Below the pieces are notes generated by a model. It made no database searches, was not told the DNA's origin, and worked only from the letters and a program-made list of their open reading frames with translations. Positions 9,288-18,864 of a stretch of 64,000 bases of DNA are shown one piece after another; the stretch's first letter is position 1, and each line of letters starts with the position of its first letter. The stretch is taken from NCBI GenBank assembly GCA_048886685.1, contig JBHLKM010000005.1:138958-202957 (forward strand), written 5' to 3'. The stretch comes from Candidatus Hodarchaeota archaeon. Its GTDB lineage: Archaea; Asgardarchaeota; Lokiarchaeia; Sigyniarchaeales; SOKP01. Both the position numbers and the translations under genes were made by a program.

Positions 9288-9718
9288 AATTTACTCTAAC
9301 GATTGTTTTCAAAAAAAATTAATTAATAATAAGAAAACTACCCTTTAATTATTATTCTGGGGCTAAAATGTAATAATTGTTAAATTAAAGCTATATTATT
9401 ATTCGTGTTTTTAATAATCATAATGTTTTTATTTGAATAATTCATATCTATCTTAGAAATTTAGAAATATTTCATTCTAAAAACTGTTCTCTTCTTTAAT
9501 TGAGATTTATTGTAAGAGAAAAGTACTCTATTTATTCAAAACAGAGTTTCCAAAAAATTAGTTCATATATAGAAATGAAATTTCGAGTGTTATTAATAAG
9601 TATTTTGACCTATTGAAATAGATACTTAAAAATTAAATGATAAGAGAAAGAAATCAGATTCTAAATTTACTAATTCAGTAATAAGATAAGATGAATAAAT
9701 AAAAAAAAATGAAAAATT

Positions 9719-11629
9719 ATGAGTTACGAGGGAGAACTTTTACGCATTAAAGAAGAAATTATTAATAACCTTCCACCCGAAATAAGGGTTAATAAGATCG
9801 AATTTGAGGGACCGGAAATAGCTGTTTATTCTGAAAATTCTAATGTAGATGCTGTCGAAAGCTCTACAATTTTGAAAGACTTAGCTAAAACTATGAGAAA
9901 ACGTGTTGTTTTTCGCTGGAATGTGGAGAAACGTAAAGACCCCGCTGAAACTGAAGAATACATTAGAAATTTAGTCAATGAAGATGCAGAGATTTCTGCA
10001 ATAGAGTTCGATCATACGCGAGGTGAGGTAATCATCGAATCAGGCAAACCTGGAATTGTAATTGGCAAAAAAGGAATTAACTTAAAGGAAATAAGGTCAA
10101 ATACATTTTGGCAACCTAAAACCATAAGAACACCTCCACTTGCATCAAGAACTATTCAGCTAATTCGAGGTATGCTTAAAAAGGAGAGACAAACCCAAAA
10201 AGATATATTATTAAAAATTGGCAAAAGGATTCATAGACCCCCATTATTTAAGGATTTGAATATAAGATTGACTGCTTTGGGAGGTTTTCGTGAAGTAGGA
10301 CGATCTTGTGTTTTAATGCAGACTAGAGATAGTAGTGTACTATTAGATGTAGGATTAAATGTGGGGAATCCTAATGATAAATTTCCATTTTTTGAGATAC
10401 CTGAATTTTCTTTAAGAGATCTTGATGCAGTTATCATTTCCCACGCACATTTAGATCATTGTGGTCTTGTTCCATTTCTTTATAAATATGGATACCTTGG
10501 TCCAGTTTATTGTACATTACCTACGCGTAATTTAGCTACGATGTTACAGCTAGATTTTATTCAAATATGTGAAAAGGAAGGATCACCATTACCTTATTCT
10601 AAAAGAGATGTAAAACAAACAGTTCTTCACACAATACCGCTCTCTTGGGGAAAAGTAACTGATATTGCTCCAGATATTAAGCTAACACTTCATAATTCAG
10701 GTCATATCTTAGGATCTTCAATGATTCATTTGCATTTTGGAAAAGGGGATTATAATTTTGTCTATACAGGTGATTTCAAATTTCAAAAAACTCGATTATT
10801 GGAAAAAGCAGCTGTTAAATTTCCTAGAGTAGAAAGTCTTTTAATAGAATCAACATATGGTGGCCCCCAAGATCGTATTCCAAGTAGACAAGAATCTGAA
10901 AAAGAACTTAAACAAATATTAAATTCCACCCTTAAAAGAGGGGGAAAAGTTTTAATCCCAGTTCTTGCAGTAGGACGTGCTCAAGAATTATTAATAGTAC
11001 TTGAAGAATATATTTCTAAAGGATTTATAGATAAAGTCCCTATTTTTATCGATGGTTTAATTAGTGAAGCTACTGCAATTCATACGGCGAATCCCGACTT
11101 TCTTAGCAGTGATTTGAGAGAAAAAATCTTGCATCAAGGAAAAAATCCTTTCTTAAGTGATTATTTCGAGACAGTCAGTGCTCAAGAAGAAAGGTTGGAT
11201 ATAATAAAAGGAGGACCTTGTATTATATTAGCAACAAGTGGAATGCTCATAGGAGGTCCATCTGTACAATATTTAAGGGAATTAGCAAATGATCCCAAGA
11301 ATACACTTATTTTTGTTTCTTATCAAGTTAATGGAACATTAGGCGCCAGGTTGCAAAAGGGGTTTCGAGAGTTTACTTATGTAGATGCTAAAGGTCGTAC
11401 CCAACTTGTGAAATTAAATCTAAAAGTTTTTACCCTTGAAGGATTTTCAGGTCACTCTTCACGAAGTCAAATTTCCCAGTTTTTAAGACGAATTCAACCA
11501 AGACCTAAATCTATTATAGTAAATCATGGAGAAGCTTCTAAGTGTGTAAGCTTATCAACGATGATACATAAAAAATTGAGGAAACAAACTAAAAGTCCAG
11601 TCAATTTAGAAACCGTTTTACTGAAGTAA
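9719..11629 (+). CDS. fttA: Archaeal KH-domain beta-CASP ribonuclease aCPSF1/FttA (transcription termination factor)
   Basis: N-terminal KH domains (IEFEGPE, KPGIVIGKKG), GGFREVGRS, SHAHLDH, GHILGS, YTGD, GFSGH. Confidence 0.95.
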   Translation: MSYEGELLRIKEEIINNLPPEIRVNKIEFEGPEIAVYSENSNVDAVESSTILKDLAKTMRKRVVFRWNVEKRKDPAETEEYIRNLVNEDAEISAIEFDHTRGEVIIESGKPGIVIGKKGINLKEIRSNTFWQPKTIRTPPLASRTIQLIRGMLKKERQTQKDILLKIGKRIHRPPLFKDLNIRLTALGGFREVGRSCVLMQTRDSSVLLDVGLNVGNPNDKFPFFEIPEFSLRDLDAVIISHAHLDHCGLVPFLYKYGYLGPVYCTLPTRNLATMLQLDFIQICEKEGSPLPYSKRDVKQTVLHTIPLSWGKVTDIAPDIKLTLHNSGHILGSSMIHLHFGKGDYNFVYTGDFKFQKTRLLEKAAVKFPRVESLLIESTYGGPQDRIPSRQESEKELKQILNSTLKRGGKVLIPVLAVGRAQELLIVLEEYISKGFIDKVPIFIDGLISEATAIHTANPDFLSSDLREKILHQGKNPFLSDYFETVSAQEERLDIIKGGPCIILATSGMLIGGPSVQYLRELANDPKNTLIFVSYQVNGTLGARLQKGFREFTYVDAKGRTQLVKLNLKVFTLEGFSGHSSRSQISQFLRRIQPRPKSIIVNHGEASKCVSLSTMIHKKLRKQTKSPVNLETVLLK

Positions 11630-11798
11630 ACAAATCTTTTAATAACGAAGTACTTTATTCACAGAATAGAAGAATCTAAAGTTTGTATAGAATTTACTTA
11701 AATAGCTCTTTTTCTCCTATTAACATTTCTAAAGAGAAGAATTAATTTTTTTAAACAGTATTAATTAATTTTTTTAAATAAATGTTTAGTGGTAATTT

Positions 11799-12746
11799 TT
11801 GAATATTAAAAGCTTTCTATCAAAAATAAAAAATAATCGAACAACGATATTTAGACATATCGTTCAGATTGTTGCTTTTATCATAATTAATTATATACTT
11901 TTAGAAGTAATTTTTTCAATAAACCTTTTAAGTTTTGATAGTCTTGTAAAAGTTCTGCCTATCATTAACGCTCCAGAAAATCAATTGTCAAGTGGAGCTG
12001 GAATTCTGGAGTTTATATTCTATTTTATCATACTGGGAAGTTTTCCATTATTTTTAATTGCTGTGTTAGTATTAATATTAATATTTACAAATCGAGTTTT
12101 TTGTGGATGGATTTGTCCTATCGGTACAATTCAAGATGCATGCACTGCCATTCCTACCCCAAAAAAAAAGTTAAAAATCAGTACTCATAAATCAATGCTA
12201 AAAATTAAATACGTGTTTGTGATTTTAATAATAATTATTGTTTTTCCCCTTGGAATTACCTTAACAACTAATTATGAATTTTATTTGGATTATAGAGCAA
12301 ATATCGGGGATTTTGGCGATAATCCTATGGGTTATTTTTCCTTATCAGAATATATTTTTGTATTCTTTCCGAATATGATTATAGAAATGATTGAGACAGG
12401 TAGTCTACTACCACTATTTTCAAGTATATTGACATTTATTATCTTTTTCTTTTATCTTGTAATAATTGTCTTATCGGTATGGTATCCACGAGTATATTGT
12501 AGATACTTTTGTCCTTTTGCCGCTGTTGCCTCAATAGTTTCAGAATATTCCTTCTTAAAATTAACAAGAAATCCTGTGAGATGTGTAGGAAGGACTGAGT
12601 GTGGAATATGTGAAAAGATATGTCCAAAACAAATAAGAATGTTGGATGAGCCTTTTGAGTTCTTTACCGGTAAAGGAGAATGCAATTTTTGCTTAAAATG
12701 TAAAGAATCATGCCCCTATGATGCTATTGATATGAAGTTTGGGTAA
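11799..12746 (+). CDS. Membrane polyferredoxin, NapH/MauN/NosR-like
   Basis: Several TM helices, RVFCGWICP and RVYCRYFCP motifs, two C-terminal 4Fe-4S motifs. Confidence 0.85.
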   Translation: MNIKSFLSKIKNNRTTIFRHIVQIVAFIIINYILLEVIFSINLLSFDSLVKVLPIINAPENQLSSGAGILEFIFYFIILGSFPLFLIAVLVLILIFTNRVFCGWICPIGTIQDACTAIPTPKKKLKISTHKSMLKIKYVFVILIIIIVFPLGITLTTNYEFYLDYRANIGDFGDNPMGYFSLSEYIFVFFPNMIIEMIETGSLLPLFSSILTFIIFFFYLVIIVLSVWYPRVYCRYFCPFAAVASIVSEYSFLKLTRNPVRCVGRTECGICEKICPKQIRMLDEPFEFFTGKGECNFCLKCKESCPYDAIDMKFG

Positions 12747-12854
12747 AATCTAATTAACATATTCTCAAAAGTGAAATTTTTAGATAGGATAAATCTTTAT
12801 TTTATTCGTACCAATCTTATATTAGATGCATTTTAATAAGGATTAATTTAAGCA

Positions 12855-14060
12855 ATGGATAAAAAAACAACTGAGCAACTGCAAGCGAGGATGAAGAGAG
12901 ATGTTAATGTGGGAATTCACGGGATATTAGATGAAGAAGCGACTAGATATTATGAAGATGAAAGTGAAGATATAAGACCTCCCTTCTTTAGAGATGTAGA
13001 TAGGATTGTACATTCAAAAGCTTTTAGTCGTTATATTGATAAATCTCAAGTTTTCTTTGATATCAATAATGCAAATATCACTCATAGATCACTCCATGTA
13101 ACTCTAGTATCAAGAGTCAGCAGACAAATCGGACGCGTTTTAAGATTAAACACTGATTTAATAGAAGCAATAGCCTTGGGACATGATATAGGCCACTCTC
13201 CATTTGGACACCTTGGAGAAGAACTATTAAATGAACTAAGTAAAGATTATAAGATGGGAACATTCAATCATAATGCCCAAGGTATAAGATGGCTCTCGCG
13301 TCTTGAAAAAAGATTTCCCGAAAAACCTGCTAAAGGACTTAACTTGACTTTACAGGTGTTAGATGGTATTCTCTGTCATGATGGTGAAGTTAATGAGCAG
13401 AAATTAAAACCAGTTCAAAGAAATGGAAAAAAATGGGAAGACCATCTTAAAGAATACGAGGATTGCTTTGATAAGAATATATTGAATAGAATTCCAATGT
13501 CATATGAGGGTATAGCAGTAAGATTTGCGGATACAATAAGCTACATTGGTAGAGATATTGAAGATGCTATTTTGTTAAAACTTATTAGTCGAAAAGATAT
13601 CCCTGAAGTTTGCAAAGAAGTATTAGGAGATACGAATGCTAAGATAATCAATACTCTTATAACTGATTTGTTAAACTATAGCCTTGATAATGATGTTATT
13701 GGCTATTCTGATGAAATTTTTGAAGCTTTAAAAGAACTTAAAGCTTTCAACTATGACAAGATTTATACAAGAAGAGATCTTTTTAAAAAAAATTCATTTG
13801 AAGGTACTTTTGTAGATAGTTTAAGAAATAAGTTTAAATTAATTTTTACTAAATGCTTAAGAGATTTAGAAGAAGATAATTATGATTCTCCTATTTTTAG
13901 AGACCATATTGAATATATTGATGATAAAAGCTATAGATCTTATTTTCAACCTCTTAAAAAAAAGAATAAACTAACTTTAATCGTTAGAGATTATATCGCG
14001 GGTATGTCTGATAAATATTTTGGTGATATTTTTGACTTATTTCATAATAAATTGGATTAA
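12855..14060 (+). CDS. dgt: HD-domain dNTP triphosphohydrolase (dGTPase-like)
   Basis: RDVDRIVHSKAF, KSQVF, THRSLH, LGHDIGHSPFGH, FNHN, ADTISY, DYIAGMSD. Confidence 0.9.
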   Translation: MDKKTTEQLQARMKRDVNVGIHGILDEEATRYYEDESEDIRPPFFRDVDRIVHSKAFSRYIDKSQVFFDINNANITHRSLHVTLVSRVSRQIGRVLRLNTDLIEAIALGHDIGHSPFGHLGEELLNELSKDYKMGTFNHNAQGIRWLSRLEKRFPEKPAKGLNLTLQVLDGILCHDGEVNEQKLKPVQRNGKKWEDHLKEYEDCFDKNILNRIPMSYEGIAVRFADTISYIGRDIEDAILLKLISRKDIPEVCKEVLGDTNAKIINTLITDLLNYSLDNDVIGYSDEIFEALKELKAFNYDKIYTRRDLFKKNSFEGTFVDSLRNKFKLIFTKCLRDLEEDNYDSPIFRDHIEYIDDKSYRSYFQPLKKKNKLTLIVRDYIAGMSDKYFGDIFDLFHNKLD

Positions 14061-14171
14061 ATAAATTTAATTCTTCTTAAAATTGTAGTTTACTTTTTTC
14101 CAGAATTTATAAAGTATAATATTGCGATAACATAGAATATAATAAAAAGAGAAAAATATATAATTATGAGG

Positions 14172-14308
14172 TTGGATTACACTTAGGAGGTTTTATTGTT
14201 AAAAAGTTTTTTCAGTTTACGGGGTTTTTTTTTCAGTCACGGGGTTTAAAAATTAGTTTTTGAAACTGATATCTTTTTGAATCCTCCAAATCAAATTGTG
14301 TAATCCAA
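14172..14308. repeat. Long intergenic fold-back element with an internal tandem repeat (candidate ncRNA or small-peptide mRNA)
   Basis: TTGGATTACAC (14172-14182) pairs with GTGTAATCCAA (14298-14308); GGAGG pairs with CCTCC; two copies of TTCAGT(TT/C)ACGGGGTTT at 14211 and 14232; hairpin ATTAGTTT/AAACTGAT. Confidence 0.6.
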
Positions 14309-14441
14309 GTTAAGTAATATCGATCCTTATAAATAAATTTATCTTATTTGATCAAAAAAAAAGAATTGATAATCACTTATATTTAACTGGTTTTTTGGGA
14401 TTAATTATTAAAATTTTATTAAATAGCAAATATTTTTTACA

Positions 14442-14456
14442 AAAATAAAATTATAA
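14442..14456 (+). promoter_or_regulatory. Probable BRE/TATA promoter of tRNA-Gln
   Basis: A-rich stretch followed by TTATAA at 14451-14456, about 24-29 nt upstream of the tRNA 5' end. Confidence 0.45.
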
Positions 14457-14479
14457 CAATTAGAAATAACATCTTAAGT

Positions 14480-14583
14480 AGCCCAGTAGTGTAGAATTGG
14501 GCATATTTATTGCTCATTAGTGAAAAGGTCAAGCATCGGGGGCTCTGAACCCCTGGACCACGGTTCGAATCCGTGCTGGGCTA
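14480..14583 (+). tRNA. tRNA-Gln(CUG) with a ~30-nt D-loop insertion (probable non-canonical intron)
   Basis: Acceptor AGCCCAG/CTGGGCT, D stem GTGT/GCAT, anticodon arm GGGGG-CTCTGAA-CCCCT, T arm CACGG-TTCGAAT-CCGTG, discriminator A, no encoded CCA. Confidence 0.93.
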
Positions 14584-14589
14584 TTCTTT

Positions 14590-14946
14590 TTAACCTGTTC
14601 GTTTAATAATGTGATATCCATACTGTGATTTTACAGGCTGAGAAATTTCACCTACTTTCAATTTACTGCAGGCATTCCAGAATTCAGCTACCATATCTCC
14701 CTTTGAAAATATTCCTAAATTTCCACCTCTCTTTTTACTAGGACAATTAGAAAATCGTTGAGCTAAGCTTTCAAATTTTTCCCCAGCATCTAAATCTTCT
14801 CTGATTTCTTTTGCTTTATTGAATTTATCAACTAAAATATGACTCGCTTTAATCTTCCCACCACGGATTGGATCTCCCTTAGTTCGTGATTTTTGACCCT
14901 CTGAAGTTTTTTTTTGGTATCCTTTCCCATATTTACTTTTTCCCAT
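14590..14946 (-). CDS. Parvulin-type peptidyl-prolyl isomerase with a basic N-terminal extension
   Basis: IKASHILV, FESLAQRFSNCPSKKRGGNLG, MVAEF, PVKSQYGYHIIK. Confidence 0.92.
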   Translation of the reverse strand: MGKSKYGKGYQKKTSEGQKSRTKGDPIRGGKIKASHILVDKFNKAKEIREDLDAGEKFESLAQRFSNCPSKKRGGNLGIFSKGDMVAEFWNACSKLKVGEISQPVKSQYGYHIIKRTG

Positions 14947-15030
14947 AAAATTATCAACTTAGTTGATTTAACTCAAATATTATAATTATAAAATAGGATT
15001 TCAGGGTTGTATTGGGTAAAAAATGAGATT

Positions 15031-15447
15031 TTAATTAATAATCAAATATCTAAAATTTTTAATCTCTTCAATACTGTTTATTTCAACAACAAGTTTTTGG
15101 AAATCTTGTACTTGACCCTCGAAAATCATAAAAATAATAGAGTTTTGATTCACAAAATTAACATTCTTACTAACTATTTGCTCTTTATATTCACTTTCAA
15201 TTCTATTTAATTTTTTCTGTATTAAGTAGTCATTAGGGGCAATAAGGATCATATTTCCTATAATCTTTTTAGGGATTGGAGCCAATTCGCTGGTAAGATC
15301 CATACTGGAAATATCCATTGTCGACATTAATCGTAACAATGCATCTCTAATTAATTTAGATTTATTCTCATATTGATTTTTTGAAACTAGTTTATTTATA
15401 AACTTTTTAAGGCTCTCATTTAAGGACACAGAGATTATTGGGCTCAT
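15031..15447 (-). CDS. Ribbon-helix-helix regulator, CopG/NikR-like
   Basis: N-terminal IISVSLNESL...YENKSKLIRDAL RHH pattern, ACT-like C-terminus. Confidence 0.75.
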   Translation of the reverse strand: MSPIISVSLNESLKKFINKLVSKNQYENKSKLIRDALLRLMSTMDISSMDLTSELAPIPKKIIGNMILIAPNDYLIQKKLNRIESEYKEQIVSKNVNFVNQNSIIFMIFEGQVQDFQKLVVEINSIEEIKNFRYLIIN

Positions 15448-15561
15448 CTTTTTCTCACTTCTAAATAATTGAAAGAAAATTAAAGACTAATGTAATTTTT
15501 AATATAAAATATAGATTCTAAGGTTTATAAATTTTCTTTTATATGATTTTGTTGTACTTTT

Positions 15562-17928
15562 TTAAAGTTTTATAGATCTTGCTATGACAGATTTAAAATT
15601 CTCGAGATCATTTACCAATTTTTCAGCATCGGCATCATTGATTTTATCATCTTTACCATATTTATTCAACTGAGTTAACCAGAATTCCATTCTTCCCAAC
15701 ACAGCTTCATTATCCCCTATAATCTTCCTTACACGGATAAAAGTATCATGTAATTTATTTCGAATATTTTGTGCTTTCCATCTCAGCATACAATAATCAG
15801 ACATTTCAGCTAAATTTTGTGTGATTGCCATTACATCAATTGTTTTCTCACGTTCTTCCGATTTTATCTTCCGTATGATGTTAATCTCTTCAAATAACAA
15901 TTCTATGATTTTTGCTAAGAAACCTGTCAATTGACCAGGATTACCACACCATACCCTTACCTCTAATGATTGATTTGACTCTGAGACATAAATTCTAGTA
16001 ACTATTCTTCCCCCACCGACCTTTGCTTCTGAACAATGCCAACTTTCAGCCTCGTATTTTCCTTTCGCGTCTTTTCCTTCATGAGATGTAACTGTACTTA
16101 CTTCAAAACGTTTCAAAGTTCGAACAGCAGCTCTATACGCTAATCTTGGATCTAGATCAGCAATTAAAAAGGCACGAGCATCATTAGGAAGATCTTGAAT
16201 CGTAATCTGTACATCTTCAATAGTCGACAAACATGATACCACTAAGGGACATTTTATCTGAATTTCTTTTTTTCGTATATGTACGGTTCTTTTTTCCCCT
16301 GAGGCTGTTTTATAAATGACATCACCACCAATTGAAGAAATCCCACATTCTTTTGGTTCTAAATAAAAATCTACTCCCCTTGAATTCTTTGCTTCAATAA
16401 CAGGGATGTTAATAAGAGGTGTTTTTATTTTATAACTTGCAGGAGCATCCAAGATCACTTTTACTGAATTTATGGCCATAGAACTTTTGTTACGGACCGC
16501 TATCTTCATATGTAACTGTCCACCGACGAAATCATAATCACGAACTACCTCAATTTTACCCCCATCAGTTGGTTCTAATTCAGCTTTAATAGCCTGAGGT
16601 TTTTCTCTTGGTACGGAATATGCAGTAAAATTTCTCTTTGACATATCTATATATCCATCGATATCACCACGTGCAATAATCTGTGCTAAATTTTCTTCTA
16701 TGCTTGACTCGGTTACTCCTAATCTATTAGAGAGTTCTCTTAAAGGCATTGTTCTATAAGCTCTAGCGATTTCTTTGATTTTTTTCTCCATGTGTTTATT
16801 TGTCATGAATTCTCTTCTTTGAGTAAACAAACCTTTAATTTTACCAGTTTTGATTAATTCATGAAGGGTTTTTCTCGCTAATTCAACTGCAATTTTTAGT
16901 TTTAAAGCAAGTTTATTAAGTTCAAATAAACCCATTTCTTTAGAATAGGCTTTAATTTCATTAAAAATTTGGTCCACCGTGATTACTTCATTACCCCTGT
17001 CAGCAAAATAACCATTAATAGCTTTTGCTCTCATTAAATTAACACAGAAAGATTTTACTAGTTCGTTTGGGAGGTCTAAGTTATTTGCTAAGGTTTTTAT
17101 TGATACACGACCTTTTTTCTTAATCTCACTAATTAAATTGTCTAAAATGTACTTCTGAGTATAATATACATTTTTATCTTGTGAAAATGACCCTTTTATT
17201 TGGAATTGATTGATTAACTTATATATAACCTTTCGAGAGATTTCACCACTCATATCTAACATTACACTTAAATCCTCAACTTTAACAATCCCATCATCAT
17301 TAAACTTGGATAAAAGTCTTTCCCTCATTTCCGGAGAAATGTAATAGAACATTTGGTTTTTTTGATCAATTATCCCATATATTCTTTCTTCATCCATGTA
17401 TTTGTTTATGAATTTAATCATTTGTTCTGCAGAAATATTAAAAGAATTCATTATAGTTGAAAAATTGGTAAGAGAAGCTCTTTTTAATAAGTCCAAAAAG
17501 CAGTTAGGACAAACCTCTTTTCCAATTATATGCCTTAATTTTTTACTACATAATGTTAACCTGTTTCCTTTAATAAGATTATATCTTATTGCTTCCCTTG
17601 CTAATTTTTCCTTGGTGGGAAAAAATATTCCTGGAGTTTTTAAATAAGAATTCCACGATTCAGGGCATTGAGGATTTGTACATTCAAGATAATATTGACC
17701 TGAAGACAATCTTTCTAATCTTAAAAGGGATTTGCATTCAGGACATTCACTATCTTCAACTACTGTGCACTTAAAATTCCTTTCTGAAGCTTTTGCTTTT
17801 GAATAAATAATATTATGTTTTTTACATTCATGAATCTCGGTAGTTGCAATATGATTAATACAAAAGCTGGATTTACATTTTTCACAGGTAAAATCGATAC
17901 TTTGACTCTCACAAAACAAACATTTCAT
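15562..17928 (-). CDS. Multidomain protein: Zn fingers, tandem winged-helix/PCI domains, appendage-like C-terminus
   Basis: N-terminal CxxC/CxxH clusters; five wHTH repeats, the last PCI-like (AYRTMPLRELSNRLG...IIARGDIDGYID); beta-rich C-terminal domain. Confidence 0.65.
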   Translation of the reverse strand: MKCLFCESQSIDFTCEKCKSSFCINHIATTEIHECKKHNIIYSKAKASERNFKCTVVEDSECPECKSLLRLERLSSGQYYLECTNPQCPESWNSYLKTPGIFFPTKEKLAREAIRYNLIKGNRLTLCSKKLRHIIGKEVCPNCFLDLLKRASLTNFSTIMNSFNISAEQMIKFINKYMDEERIYGIIDQKNQMFYYISPEMRERLLSKFNDDGIVKVEDLSVMLDMSGEISRKVIYKLINQFQIKGSFSQDKNVYYTQKYILDNLISEIKKKGRVSIKTLANNLDLPNELVKSFCVNLMRAKAINGYFADRGNEVITVDQIFNEIKAYSKEMGLFELNKLALKLKIAVELARKTLHELIKTGKIKGLFTQRREFMTNKHMEKKIKEIARAYRTMPLRELSNRLGVTESSIEENLAQIIARGDIDGYIDMSKRNFTAYSVPREKPQAIKAELEPTDGGKIEVVRDYDFVGGQLHMKIAVRNKSSMAINSVKVILDAPASYKIKTPLINIPVIEAKNSRGVDFYLEPKECGISSIGGDVIYKTASGEKRTVHIRKKEIQIKCPLVVSCLSTIEDVQITIQDLPNDARAFLIADLDPRLAYRAAVRTLKRFEVSTVTSHEGKDAKGKYEAESWHCSEAKVGGGRIVTRIYVSESNQSLEVRVWCGNPGQLTGFLAKIIELLFEEINIIRKIKSEEREKTIDVMAITQNLAEMSDYCMLRWKAQNIRNKLHDTFIRVRKIIGDNEAVLGRMEFWLTQLNKYGKDDKINDADAEKLVNDLENFKSVIARSIKL

Positions 17929-18085
17929 TATTCGAAATCTTTATGGTTTTTTGAAATCTATATAATTATAAAAAAATTTAGCTTAAAATATTTTAATAGA
18001 CCAAATTTTAGTAATTTCTATTAATATGAACAATTAAAAGATAATTAACTTTTCCTTATATTCTTATAAGTTTTTGATAGATTTA

Positions 18086-18811
18086 TTAAATAGAAACCTC
18101 TGGAAAAACGCGGATACGCAAAAATGACAAAATCATTACAACTGTGTTAAATAATATTATTATCAATATCATAACGAGTAATATCCAATTAGTTTTAGAT
18201 TCTCTTGCTTTTAAAATTTGAGAGGTTCCATGTTTTGCCAAAGCCAGTGGGAATAATCCCACAAATGTTCCTAAAGAAAAATAGAATACAATAAAAATGC
18301 CATCAATAAAAATTCCACTAAGTGAATATTGTAAACATTGAGAGTATATAAGTAATTCAAAGATACAAGGAGCAAAACCAGCTAAAATGCCAAAAAGATA
18401 CGGTGTTTTCTTTTTTTCCCAATTCAACTCGCTTAATTCATCTTTATATTTTGAATGAGGTATATATTTTCTTCTTGTTATAAAAAACAATAAAATTATG
18501 CCAGCAAACATGGAAACAACAGCACCAAAAAAATTAATCGTAAAATCATCGGGAATAATTTCTGGGATAAGTAATTGGGGTAGGAGACTTATAAAAATTG
18601 TAATAAAGGCAATTATTAAGTTAGAAGAAATTAACCCTAAACCATAAAGGATTAGAATTAATAAACTCCTTAATGGAGTTTTAGAAATACCAAATGACCA
18701 GAAGAAGAAGATCGCTTTATCCTCACATGGAATAGCAGTGTGAAGAAATCCCAAAGTGAATGCAGGAGCGAAAACAACTAATAATGGCGGTAAATAAAAT
18801 TCTTGAAACAT
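18086..18811 (-). CDS. Membrane protein, NiCoT/UreH/DsbD_2-like
   Basis: About 6 TM helices, GFLHTAIPC and GILAGFAPC motifs, FSLGT. Confidence 0.6.
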   Translation of the reverse strand: MFQEFYLPPLLVVFAPAFTLGFLHTAIPCEDKAIFFFWSFGISKTPLRSLLILILYGLGLISSNLIIAFITIFISLLPQLLIPEIIPDDFTINFFGAVVSMFAGIILLFFITRRKYIPHSKYKDELSELNWEKKKTPYLFGILAGFAPCIFELLIYSQCLQYSLSGIFIDGIFIVFYFSLGTFVGLFPLALAKHGTSQILKARESKTNWILLVMILIIILFNTVVMILSFLRIRVFPEVSI

Positions 18812-18864
18812 TTTTTGACAATATTATTCTTTTTGGAGTTTCTAATAATTATTTTTACTAATTC

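Noticed and set aside
14205-14247. Direct repeat considered as a mini-CRISPR
   Set aside because: Only two adjacent ~17-nt copies, no spacer-length gap and no cas genes
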